From positions 207,866-271,865 of the forward strand of contig NMRA01000172.1 in NCBI GenBank assembly GCA_002633005.1: DNA of 64,000 nucleotides. The letters run 5' to 3'. The DNA is from Phoronis australis (taxonomy: Eukaryota; Animalia; Phoronida). Below are positions 1 through 12,514 of this stretch, piece by piece (the stretch's first letter is position 1; every line of letters starts with the position of its first letter). The notes beneath the pieces are model-generated. The model was not told the DNA's origin. It searched no databases and saw nothing but the letters and a program-made list of their open reading frames with translations. The position numbers and the translations under genes are program-made.

Positions 1-2105
1 CTACATTTCAATCTTGATTATACTGACATCTGTTGGGTCTATCGGCAACTAACCGCACATGAAAGGCTTGGTCGAAAATTATCGTTTTCTCACATGCACT
101 TTCGGGTTTTTAGCGGCGATTCCACTGATCGAAGCGACAAAATAAGCCAAAACTTTGGCCATACCATGTTAAACATAAAATTTTTTCCAATTTTGCTGAA
201 ACTTGGCCACGTTTTTAACAAAATACTTATCTATGTTATGTGCTATCGGCAAATGTGATTGATTCATAAATAAGACCCTCACGCTGTGTTTTCTGCGAAT
301 CCCATGTATTCTGAAGGGGGCTAACTGAGTGATTTTCGCGCATGCGCAATTCACGGTTTCAATATTGCTGGTAATGGGAAAATGTGAAAAAATACAGCCA
401 CGGTACTAGCATGTTACGAACATCATGGCGAACGAGCGATCCGCGGTTAGTTGGACCAATTTGTTAAAGTTCCCCGCCACATGCGCGCACCCAGCTGGGC
501 GGTGGGAGCTCGAATGACTAGCACTCCATTTGGCAAAGTGGGCAAAAAGGTCCGCCTTAGAGAAACAAAAGGTCCGAGAAAACGAGACAAAAGTCCACTA
601 AAAAGGCAGAAATTCGGCGAATGCACAATTCATATAACTCTGATCTGAACAGACCCCGTTTCCAGCCCGTTTTTTTATTTTCAGTTCTACATTTTTCATC
701 AGTGTATTTTAGCCAAAAGGTTCACTCATCAAAAATTCGAGCCCTATATAGTTCAGGCTGGGTTCGCGCACGTAGCACACCCCATTGTTAATTATGCACA
801 AATTTCTCAGTATTTTTTGTATTTGAAAGATAGCATTAAATCGGAGGGTGATTCTTCACGTGACACTTGAAATGAGAGTGGGGAAGCAGCCAGCTGACGC
901 GAGGATAGATCACTAGTGATCGAAGCGGTCCCGCGCGGTGAAGACCGTACATACTCCAAGTATGACGTGTCGTACATGCCCAGAATTCACCGTGTTGTGG
1001 ATATTCGAGTGTTTTTTTTCTCTGCTCTTTCTTTGATGAAACCTAGCTGGTTCGCAATGTTCGTCACTGAAGTATTCGGTCGTCAAATGTTGAAACTCAA
1101 AGTGTCATACTGCGCGAAACACGAATCATCAACAAACAAGACACGTTACACACTGGTAGCGAATATTGTCGGTTTGTGAGCCATGTGTTTTGGTTAATCA
1201 TGGCTGGAGTAGGCCTACTCGTCGGCGGATTCGAAGCTATAGCACAGTACGTCCTGTAATTATAACATTTCTAGGTCACGTGCCTGGTTTTTATAAAAAC
1301 GAACTCTGTTTACAACAAAGACAAATTCACCCAACTGTAACATAACAATAAGTAGAAAAATGATCACATTTGTTTTTGGCCAAAATATGATCGAGTGTTA
1401 ACTTTAAAATTAGCACATACATAAACAAAGACTAGTCGACATTTCGGTTTATCATCACTAAACCATTCCCAAAAAGACAAACTTCGAACACTACTACACT
1501 CACATGGTAACAGTACAGCAGAACAGCCTGTAGCACAGGTCACAGTACACATCAATGCATTATGAGGAGAGAGAGCAGCTAGACATCAAAACAGTTCAAA
1601 AGCTCAAATTAACCACAGTTTCTATTCAAATAGCGCTCAGCGTAGTTCAACCTAGGACCAATACTCCCAGGTTCAACCCACTTTTTCAGGTCTGTAGCTC
1701 AAGTGGGAGAGTTTTGATCCCAAAAAGCACAAATTTTTGTCAGTTATCAGATCAATCGGAGCTTTAAAATATGTAGCTATTCCGACTAGCTTGTTTGACC
1801 GTGAACTTGGTTTCTAAATAATGTCTCGTTTCAAAATGGATATCCAAAAAATATTTATAAAATAATTCAGTGGCAGGTTTTTAAACAGACACTCTAAGAC
1901 ACCTGCGGATGTTTGTTATGGCCCTGAATTAAATAAAGCATATCTTAACCGTCCCTGTTTGGGCCTCCATGCTGTAGTTGTGTGGTCGACAGACAGGTTA
2001 AAATAATGCTTGTATTAGCTATTGCTCCATGTGTACAACTGGTAACAAATTTTGTCATTGTCCAAAGTGAAAACACCACTAAGTAATGTTCAAAGCATTC
2101 ACGAT

Positions 2106-2432
2106 TGTACAACAAAATTAATTTATTTCTATATGGATGTCAAGAACTTAACTCAAACGAAAATAAGGTTTTATTTGAAATAGTATCAGAATTTCTTTAT
2201 AACATTAAATCTCTTTGTGTGAGTGGATAGAATTTTATACATCTGTATGAAAATGAATTATTTTCATTCGTTGTCATATATCATTGTATTCTGAACATCA
2301 GTTTTTTATTTATGAATTCGTATATAATCATTAGACTTCTTTGTATTTTTTTACCCAGATCTAATGCCTCTTGGCGCTTTCTGTGTTATGTATATTCACT
2401 GTATTCTGAAGATTTCGTAATAAACATTAAAA
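2106..2432 (+). mobile_element. 5'-truncated non-LTR retrotransposon 3' tail inserted in the Penelope relic
   Basis: AT-rich segment ending AATAAACATTAAAAAAA, flanked by direct repeat AAAGCATTCACGAT (~2093-2105 and ~2433-2446). Confidence 0.55.
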
Positions 2433-2728
2433 AAAGCATTCACGATGTGTACCGACTCAACTGTAATGAAAGTGAATAGTTTTACAACGGAATGACCAAC
2501 AGAATTCTCGGCATCAGAGTCAAAGAACATTGTCAAGGCCCACACAATCCTGTTCTTAATCATTTATCGACCACTGGTCGCACTATTACTCTGCAGGATC
2601 TTGGACAATATATATTGCCCTTGTCCAAGATCCTCTTCAGGCTCCTCATTGAAGGAGGCTATCCAATTTGCATTTTGATGGTTACCTTGAGACTAATTTC
2701 CTGTGTTACCTGACTGTAGTATGAAGAA

Positions 2729-2782
2729 CATTTGCATTGAGAATGGTTTAGTGATAATAAACCGAAAGTCGACTTATGTATG
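2729..2782 (+). ncRNA. Candidate minimal type I hammerhead ribozyme in Penelope-like LTR
   Basis: UUGAGAA (2737-43, U3-A8 variant of CUGANGA), stem II GGUUUA/UAAACC, GAAA (2764-67), palindromic GUCGAC stem III, UUA, weak stem I. Confidence 0.45.
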
Positions 2783-4939
2783 CACTGATTTTGAAGTTAA
2801 GGTAGAAAAGTTTTCACTGTGAAGCCAGGCCGAGGTTGGTCGGATTTGACAATAGAGCTATATATAAACCGGCAAACCAAACGAGGAAGTCCACGCTCAG
2901 CATGATGCGTCTCCACTTTCACACCAGAAAACTGGGTAAACTTGAGATGCGCACGAGATCAAAGTAACCAGGGCACCGGACAACGTCCACTGTATTCATT
3001 TTCACCGTATTCGCTCAATATGTACATGTAGCTGGCTGGAAAACGAAAGTTAGTCTATTTACTCCCATGAAATCAGTCGTAAAATAATCTTTACAGTGGT
3101 GGAATTATACTTTGGTTACCAACACATTCAAGAACATCGAAACCAGCGACTCCAGGAACGGCTTCAGGGTCCTTTGGGGTTGATGGTCATATCTGAAAAT
3201 GCGAATTCGAAAATAGCGAATGTCAGGCCTACGCATTGCCTCAAACTGTGACACTCGGCATAGTCGTTTGGCCGGAGTCAGAAAAGAACAAAGAGAAACG
3301 AAAACAGCCAACAGAACATTTGTAAACTACCAGTGCTTGGCCAAGACGTCGGTTATTGGGGATCTCATTTTCTGCACCTAGTTAATTATTCATACATGTA
3401 TTTCCAAAAAGTTGAGAAAATTTGTAAAGCAAAGGTTTTGCATAGAATATTAAATTCACTGGATTTTTTAATTCAAAAAGACCATTTTGGGGAACGCAAA
3501 ACTATAATTCTCCCAAGACCCATCTTTGACAATGAATAATGGATTCACATGTCGTTTTTATACAACGGTATCAACAGAATTGTATTTTTTTTGAAGATTG
3601 TGACTAGGATTTGCTGTCTTTAAAAATTACTCGCACATGCCCAACAGACTGGAGGGGAGGCCATTTTCTGATGACCGTGTACAGAGTGCATGTCTATCGG
3701 ATTAAGGTATCCAAAGTACATTCAATGGCAATTATAAACAAACATTTCAACGATTTTTGGAGTTCAACTTTAACTCATAAAGCGTAAATAGGTACTTCTG
3801 GAATAAATTCGGATTTTTCATGGCGACGGGCACAAACTCCGTAGTGTGTCCCTTCTCCCATGAGTCGGGATTGTCACTGAGTCAAGAATTTGCGAGCATG
3901 CCTTTGAGAATTGCTTATGATATTTTGTTTTGACAAACAACGAATTTGTTTGTTTCTGATTTACATGGTTGTGTTTCTACGAAAATCGACTGACTATAGA
4001 GGATTTTTTTCTGACAATTATAAGACATTCTTGTAAGGATTGACGATGCCCCAGTAAACGTAGTTTGAAGGCTGAAGTTGGTAAAATCTCTGTCATCAAA
4101 TGAACAAGTAAACTAGTCGATTTTTTTGGTTATCTGAAATCCGATGGCTCTCGATGACTTAGCTGACACTTCTATAGAAATGTTCCAACCTTTTAAAATG
4201 GCAATAGATGTAGTTTATTTACTTAGGAACAAAATTAAGGGTTTAAAGAAAGTCTTCAGATTATATTAAACGCACTGTTCATTAACTTGGGAATATTAAT
4301 TGTCTGCATTTCCTTAACCTTTTTTTTAATTTCCTGCAGTATTTAGAAATAAAATTTCGTTCTCACCGTGCACTACAGAACACGTGCTGGCTCACACACT
4401 TCCGATGCAAAACAAGGTGTAACCATACAGTGGGCCCGAGCACAGAATCTCAATTCAGGGATTTGCCCGGGAAATAGTGATTTCAAACTTGGTAACAATG
4501 TCAGAGTTGAAAAGTTGATGTGGAAAAATGTCGGTGGATATTTGATGAATGACAAACCAATTTTAGAGAATAACCAACACATAAACTTGAGATTTCGCAC
4601 CTTAGTGAGTCCTGTTGAGAGTAATTGGGCCCATGGACTGTCTTGCGTGACCGTCTTGCGGGTCCGTCGTCAGACCACAATTTTTATTGTTAAAGTTGCT
4701 TAGTATTATCTGCTTCAAAGGAACGGTAACCATAAACCTATCGCAAGCTCCGCCCCTTGCGTAATGTCCACTAGCAAACAACAAGTTTTACCCGGCAACG
4801 TGTTGTTTGTCGGGTAAAAAGGCGGCTTGGAAACGAAGGTGTATCAATAATGCTGCGTTCTAAATGGTCATTCAAGCGGGACAGCGAAGCGGTTGCGTAA
4901 CTTGTTTATCTCAAAGGATTAGAGGCGAAGGTGACTCGG

Positions 4940-5126
4940 GATGCCGCGCTAGTTAGATGCCGCGCTGGTTAGATGCCGCGCTGGTTAGATGCCGCGCTGG
5001 TTAGATGCCGCGCTGGTTAGATGCCGCGCTGGTTAGATGCCGCGCTGGTTAGATGCCGCGCTGGTTAGATGCCGCGCTGGTTAGATGCCGCGCTGGTTAG
5101 ATGCCGCGCTAGTTAGATGCCACGCT
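4940..5126. repeat. 16-bp minisatellite GATGCCGCGCTGGTTA, 11 copies plus partial
   Basis: Direct reading; no spacers. Confidence 0.97.
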
Positions 5127-6751
5127 TACATGTCGATCATCAGTTCACTAAAGCTGGGCAACAAACAAAATGTCTGAAAACCAGTACGGTATGACCAACG
5201 TCTAGTTTGAACATGGTTGAGGTCCGTAAAAGCAAAACACTTGCGATGCACTTCATCGCTAGTATGGAACGGAAATAAAAAAAATCGTAATTCCACAGGG
5301 AGCGAAGTAGGGAGGACCAAATCACGGCTTACGTACAGAAATATTTACGATTTTACATGATTGCGTTTGTTCAAGTTTTGTTGTTTACCACAAATTTTTA
5401 TTTGAAAAATATTCGTTTCCGTTTTGTGCAGTAATAATAACTTCACAACAAGAAATTGTAACGTAACGCAAAACCAAGTCAAAACTTTCTCCAAGATGAC
5501 CCTCTTTCAAAGTGATGTCATTTGTTTCAAAATGAACAGAATATGATAAAATATTTTTAGGTTTAAATTTCTCCTCGAGTGTGTCAACAAAATGCCCGAC
5601 TAAGCCGAATGGCACAACTTGAAAAAATAATCCTTTATCACAAGGTTACAAGGCAATTTCGTACCCTTGGACAAAGAAAAAAATCTTTGAAATAGTCAGT
5701 GATCATGTCCCACACCACCATTTTCATTGACGGTATGCCATGGTTTCCTATCTCGTGGTCAATAAAACATTTCATTTGATGATGATATTGCCCAACCTTT
5801 TGACAAGCGCACACTGCCAGTTGAGATGACCTCAAAGTTGTCCAATTCACGTATCTATGGACTAACAGCTGCGCTACAAGGTGGTTTTATTGGTTAACAC
5901 TCGAGTTCGGATTAAAATATCTTGGAGTGGCATAGAACGTGAAAAACAGACTAAATTGCATTATTCAAAGTGGTTCTCTGCTAATTTTTCGCCAGGTGTT
6001 TTCACAGTTTGTTCGTAAAGATTTTGAATTTCGGTGTTGAGGTCAAAGCAATTTTCCTTTACTTTCAAATTTGAAAAAAAACGATCTGTCAACTGCTCGT
6101 CACTTCGTCAGACTTTCTCTCACTCCAAAAGCACATCTTCTTATTTGGTATGGCAAGACAAAGACAAAGCGCATTTCCCTTATATAGAAAGTGTGGCCTA
6201 TGATCTTCGATGTAAGCAAGACTCAGGCGATTTCCTCTCTGGTTCCCTGCGTGCCGCTAGGTGGTAGCCAGCGTGCTGGCTAGCCACGTAGGAAACCAGC
6301 GAGTGGCGATTTCAAGCAACAGTCAGTCCGACTTCTTTGAGCGCATAGGCCTACATGCATGTATGTTATTAGAGTCAGAGAATTTGAAAACTGTATTGTA
6401 TTGGGATGAAAGAGTTCGCAGTTCGTCTGAGTTTCAAAAAATAGTGAATACTACGATTTCTTCTGGAAACTCTTGCAATATTGAAAGTGAAGAAATCTCA
6501 CGTTAGCATCTACACGAGGTAGATTCGCCACGACCTGTTAAAAGGTATTTTACGAGTTTTCGAGTTCCATGCCTTGCGATCACTAAATGGTAAATTTCAC
6601 GGTTAAATAGCACCGGATGAAATACTAGTCTTTCACCCCCTCAATTAAAACATTACATCTTCGCCAACCGATCATTTCCATGGTTGTCATTTTGATTGCG
6701 TACACTTGTAAGGTGTATTCGTGCAACACTAGGCTTTAACTTAGTCCTTCT

Positions 6752-7105
6752 TCATCATCATCATCAATGTGCGTCACCCCTACCAGGGTATAGGCCACGA
6801 ATCAGAGATTTCCATTCCGCTCTGTCCTGGGCGATTCCTTCAGTTCTAGCTGTCTCCATGAGTATCCTAACCTCTCCATGTCATCGGTGATGCATCTTCT
6901 CCAGGTCATTCGTGGTCTGCCTCTATTTCGTTTACCCTGTGGGTTCCACTTTAATACTTGTCTGGAAGTGCTACTTGTTTCTTCTTAGTGTATGTCCGTT
7001 CCAGCGCCATTTCCTTTGGCCAATCTCCTCTTCCATTGGTATCTGTCCTGTTCTTTCCCACAATTCTTCATTTCCTTTCCTTTCTGGCCACTGTATCCTT
7101 CTTGC
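6752..7105 (-). mobile_element. RTE-clade LINE 3' fragment
   Basis: RRIQWPERKGNEELWERTGQ..RKWRWNGHTLRR is the RTE C-terminal signature; ends in a (TGA)n tail, seen as (TCA)5 at 6752-6766. Confidence 0.8.
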
Positions 7106-8929
7106 GTAAAGAAAAAGAGGCCTAGAAAACAACTTCCGTTTTACTAATTCGCTCACTACATTTTTACAACAGTTTTTGCTACACGCCGTGTCAAAAGTTT
7201 ACCGCGCAATATTTGCAAGGTCTTGAATTGCGTGTCAACCCTCTAGTTTCAAAAAGTAAAATTTGGGTAATTTTTTCTACTTTGTAAGAAAAATAAGACA
7301 CTAAACCTGCTTTATGTTGCCAGAGAGAAATATCTTTAAAATTGGAATTCAACTTCAAAACGTAAAGTTCAAGTCAAGCCGTGTGTCGAAATGAAAGTGT
7401 TGCCAACTTTCAGTAAGACTGGTTATTTGCATCATGTGTTTTTCTTGCCGTCATTAAGTATTACACAAATGTTATTTTTGGAAGCCGAATATCCATGTCA
7501 ACAGTTGATGACTATTTTTCAAAGTGATGTCAGGATGCTTAGCTGACTTGTCACAAAAAAGTTCAAAACACGCACCGCAACAAATCGAATTTTACCAACT
7601 GTATGACGTAAGAATCCACAGAGGCCTGCAGCATCCGCACTAAAATTTAAATGTTTAAAATGCCAACTCTGTTGCGTTGACCAGCAGGTATTCTAGAAGT
7701 ACAGGTAAATTAAATATCATTTTTTTCAATTAGTTTCCACCCAAAATTTGAAAACAAGTTTAGGTTAACTTTCGGAAGCAATAATGAAGTATAAGCCACG
7801 TTTTTAAAAGTACACCAAAAAGTTACAAACCCCATGTCAGATTGTCTGATCTAAAGACAATATCGGATGTGATGTGAGGTTTCAGTCTGTTTCCACCAAA
7901 GTTCGTCAAATTCACACATTCTGAGAATTACTAAGAGCATATTGACGGAAACCGCAAACTCACCTGCAGTGGCGGATTTAGGGGGGGGGGGGGCATGGGG
8001 GCCAGGCCTTCCCCTAAANAAATTGTCCCAGGTTCCATTTGGTAGTTCGGGGGGGTCTGACTGGCAGAATCCTGGCTAATACTCTGCCCTGGGCCCCCTT
8101 ACTCAAAATCCTGGATCCGCCCCTGATTAGATGGGAACTTCTTTAGTAGTTGGAAAGGAGGCTTTGTATAACCGTATACCAAGAAACAAATCGTGTTGCC
8201 TGAACATATGCTTTCTGTCATTTTACATTTAGCCATGGCTGTTGAGAAGATAATAATATCCCAGTGAATTGATATCTCGGTATATATCCATTCGATTTTG
8301 CTGCTCCGTATATGAGGGCGGCCTAGTCATCATCAGGGCTCTATATTTCTCAACCGTGACTTTGTGTGTATGCTTCACAAACCCATGGTTATTGCAGATG
8401 GAGTGTAATAATTTGTGGTGGTACGCCGCAGTCGTGGTAGTGCAGACCATGCAAACACTGTCTTCCATACTTTCAATGTAACTACTCAGGTTAAGTAAAC
8501 AACTTGATCAAAGAAGTCGACATTTCACATCCACGTAGGTTCACATTACAATTCTGAGAATTTCTCCAAAATTGACTTTAGGCCGCCACTTAATGTTCTT
8601 ATACCATGTACTAAGCGCCACTATAGATTAAAATAGTCCTTTCAATTTTATTATGACTTCGTGGTGTTTTCCTACCAACAATAAGGTGTGAATCAATTTT
8701 TTATGTGCGTAAATCACTCTCGTAAATTTAGTAATTCTAATTAAAATTTATGCTGCTAAAAATTGGTTTGCGGTGCGTAACGTTCATCCATTTGACCAAC
8801 AATATTTTGTTGGGAGCTACGATAAACAGGTAAACCCCCATAAAACCCATCCCCCATTGATCCACCAAATTGAGATTCAGTCTAATGTCTAGACTCACAC
8901 TGTGCACAATGGGGCGAGCATTCATTTCT

Positions 8930-9109
8930 ACACAGTGAGCCGGCGCGGAACGCTGACGAGGAATAAAAAACAAGGAAATTCCATTCATGACGCGAGTCAC
9001 GTGGCTGTGACGTTTTGTCTCTCGTTTGCCGGTGTGTTCGAGAAGGGCAGACACAGAGGGAAACATTTCGCCAGTTTCTTTAGTTTAACTGAGGAAATAC
9101 TACGTAAGT
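8930..9109 (+). promoter_or_regulatory. Putative PEPCK promoter / non-coding first exon
   Basis: CpG-rich patch with three TGACG half-sites and a CACGTG E-box (~8954-9012), followed by a GTAAGT donor at 9104; the first coding exon has an acceptor at 12502/12503, so an upstream exon is required. Confidence 0.35.
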
Positions 9110-12100
9110 TGTGCTCATAAAGGCATGCAATAGTGTTAAGAATGTGTATTCTAAAGTGTGTGAGTTGTCGCATAGTTTTATGTTGTATTTACGAGTGTTG
9201 TTTTCACCCAAAACACATTGAAGGTCATTTCGTATTTGACCTTGGGGCCTGGCTTGGGCTGAGGCTTGAATCTTTCGCATCTACTTTAAGTGTAGAAGAG
9301 CAGTTTTATTTTTAAGTGACGTTGTCATTCTTATTAGATTTGAACTCAAGTGAGTATGCATTGTTTCGAAATAAGCGCGTTGTAAAGTTTGCGACAGCGT
9401 AGTCTAGCATGGAGCATGGTCACCTTACATTGTGTGTTTGAACACGGACTGAAAGTCATTCACCGGTCGGTCGATTAGGAAATATAGAATATAGGTCAGC
9501 ATTGGTGAATGACCTCCTCTGTGTGTACTCAATGATACCTGTCGGAATTCCGCGGAATGTGTTAGTTGTCACCGATATTGTGATAAACGTAATAAAATGA
9601 CTGAAAACATTTTGAAGGTCATGTGTTCTGAAACTGGTTCATACGGGACAGGATCATAGGCCTACTTTCGTTTCATATTTGAACAATTTAAGTTGCAACA
9701 CTGCAAGAATTCTAGAAAGCTTGAAGTTTATGGAAGGTTTTGTCTTGAAATGTTAATTGCTTTCTAACATTGATGAGGAAGTTTAGATGCTGAACCTCTG
9801 GTGCCAAAGAATTATTGATTATTGTTGAGTTGTTGGTTAGGTTGGTCTTTGTTGAATTGAGCCTCGTGCCTAGCTAATTGTCACTAGCATTGTTAAGGCA
9901 ACTTTCAAAATCAATTATGACGAGCTAGATCAAGGCTTGAAACTTACCATAACGTCAACTCACCAAGTATGACCTGCCAAAATTCCTTGATCGTGAAATA
10001 GAAACGAGCTCGCCAAAACAAACGTTTCAAGGCCATTCTTTTAATGTTTTTTGATCAAATGGAGAATTAGGTATAAGTCATACGTGAAAAATGTCTACCA
10101 ATTGCCCGCACAACTCTTACAGAATACAGTGTTTGTATATGCATCATGGTAGCAACCGGCCTCTTTTGCCGATGTTTATATAGCTGTCTTACTTTGAGTG
10201 CGTGCTCGAATGAGTGCTGATGGTGGCAGATGCCTACTGATTTCTCAGTTGCAACTGTGAAGCAGAGATATTGTACTTGGGAGGAAAATTGTTATTAATT
10301 TTAAAGTTAGGAAGTTAGTACAGCATTTAAAGGGAATAAAAGGATAATTTCTTTTGTTATAATTTAAATTAATTAAATTACGTAAGGGCAGGCAATCATG
10401 TCGCAAAAGAGGTCACTCAGTATATAGATGTTCATGATAATAATATGATAATTTCCCAGAGTGCCCATTTTCATAATAATTGGTACAGTATGCATATCCT
10501 TATTATCGTTGTCAATCTGTCTAGCTCGATGCATCCGAAATTCACTAAATGCTATCTCCATGCAGATTTACCTATAGTGCAGTGGACCCAATTGTGTGGC
10601 CTAAGCACCGGGCCACCATTTCGTTTTTTCCCTAAAACAAGTTACTCGCAAGGTTTGGAGGCTGTGTGGACGCTAAACTAGTGCAGCTTGCCCCACTTGT
10701 GACAACTTATCCACCTAGGTTAACTTGCACCACTTCTTATAGACCTATTACCAGGATTTTCAGTGACGGCTTAACTGACCAATCAGAATGCAGCATTCAT
10801 GACACACCTTCGCTTCCAGCTATACGTTGCTGACATTTTGCAAGGGGGCGGAGCTTGTGATAGGTCAACTGCTGTGTGGCCCCAAAACTGGAGCAAGGCG
10901 GAAGTAATTATCAGCTGTTACATACAGACAGGTCTTTAGTGCACTGTATTTGCATCATTGTCATACATAGAGGAACAACTTCTGCCTTGCGCTAGTTATT
11001 GGATATATGTGTGTGTGTGGACACTCAGATCCACTAAAGTGAGGCAATTAAGTTGCACTAGTGCAAGTTTTTTTGTTAAGTTTGTGTTTGGATGGGACTA
11101 TAGTGATGCAAAATAAAAATTATGTTATATCTCCCTAGTTGTTTGGATATTAGTGTTGTGCTTTCAACTCCTGCAATAAAACATGCTATTAACATGCTTT
11201 TGTCAGTTCTTTAAGGTTATCTCAAACCTTATTTTGTGACTTTCATTCTAGCACAATCAAAAATCCAACCATGTGAACTAGTAAAAGAATGTATTTTCTG
11301 AAAGAAAAAAGATGAGACATTATAAATACAATATATGTTTTATATTAATATGCCATTATTATTATTATTATGTAACTGCCTTTTTTAGTCAAAATTTCAT
11401 TTTTAGGAAAGGCTCATTCATAGCAAAATAATCCAATGGTTGATTTTAATGAAACCTTTTTTAATGAAAGCCAAACAATTTGCGTAAAAAATGTTGTTAG
11501 GAAGTTTTATAATTACTCCTTTAGTTTTGTGTTTATATCATATTAACACGTAAAACATAACATGCGTTTTTTATGTAAAAAATATGTCTTTTTGGTAATT
11601 TTATGGTAGAGCATTTTGGAGATTCATGAATGAATATTAAAATTGGAAAGTTTTAGTGAAATTCATCCAACCCTTTTTGAAAACTCTAATTCCTAAGTTC
11701 AAATTAAGATGATTTGCTGAACTTAGAAAAAAATGAAAACGTCACTTTTTTCCAAAATCGCTTATTTGGTGAAAACTTGATTTTGGTCAGTTTTATTTAT
11801 GCCCCAACCATGTTTGCTATCTCAACATTCATTTGCAATTTTAGCTGCATTTGCAATGCGTAACTTAATTCTCACTAAAACGTATTAATTTTTTGAATGT
11901 GCCTCAAGTCAACAAGGACAAGGAGTGGGTCAACTATTAAGTAGGTCAACAATTCATTGTGATCCACACCACGCGCTGGGAGACTGATATTAAGAAACCA
12001 AGCACGACGTGGACAATCTAAATAGAGTCGGTGGTTAAAGCATGAGATCAAAACAGTGAAATGTCAAATTATAGATCAAATTGATGAATTTGAGTGGTGA

Positions 12101-12514
12101 TAATTATCTTTTTTCACAACTTGCTGTGTTTGTGAACAATAAGTCACAGAAGCGCTGAGGCGACTTGGACTCTGTGTAGTCGTTCGTAATGTTCGTATGC
12201 ATGCACAACTCCCTCAGGATCAAAAACTACGTTTTGTCTGTGTTTGGCAGCATATTTCTATGCTATGTACACCTTATTGACTCCATGTTATGGTGACTCG
12301 CATGAGGGTACAATACCAAACTGCTCAATGCCTGGCAAGAGATCAGATTTGAGTGACAGCCCTGTAACCTTTGACCTCGGATAAATAGTAAACAAATTTC
12401 CATGCTGTTGGAAGTGGTTTTTCTAAAATTTTTTCTTGATGAGGTATTTTGCTAGAAGTGAAATATTGTAAAAACGGCTAACGCGTACAATTGTTGCCAT
12501 AGGTAACCATCGTC

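Larger units (their letters stand above)
1433..2790 (+). mobile_element. Penelope-like retroelement 3' relic (GIY-YIG endonuclease) with pLTR and inverted partial pLTR
   Basis: ~2440-2713 reads DVYRLNCNESE*FYNGMTNRILGIRVKEH..VLNHL, the VY..C..C..Y.G.T.R.L..R..EH GIY-YIG pattern; motif GAATGGTTTAGTGATAATAAACCGAAAGTCGAC at ~2741-2773 recurs inverted at ~1435-1470. Confidence 0.65.

Noticed and set aside
169-1767. Short ORFs at the window start as protein genes
   Set aside because: No recognisable motifs or consistent splice structure; they overlap a MITE and other repeats.
3500-4100. Second GIY-YIG/Penelope relic (HVYRIK..KHFN-like words)
   Set aside because: Too degenerate to support without a profile search.
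4940-5126. Possible CRISPR array
   Set aside because: Contiguous 16-bp units with no spacers, no cas genes, eukaryotic context.
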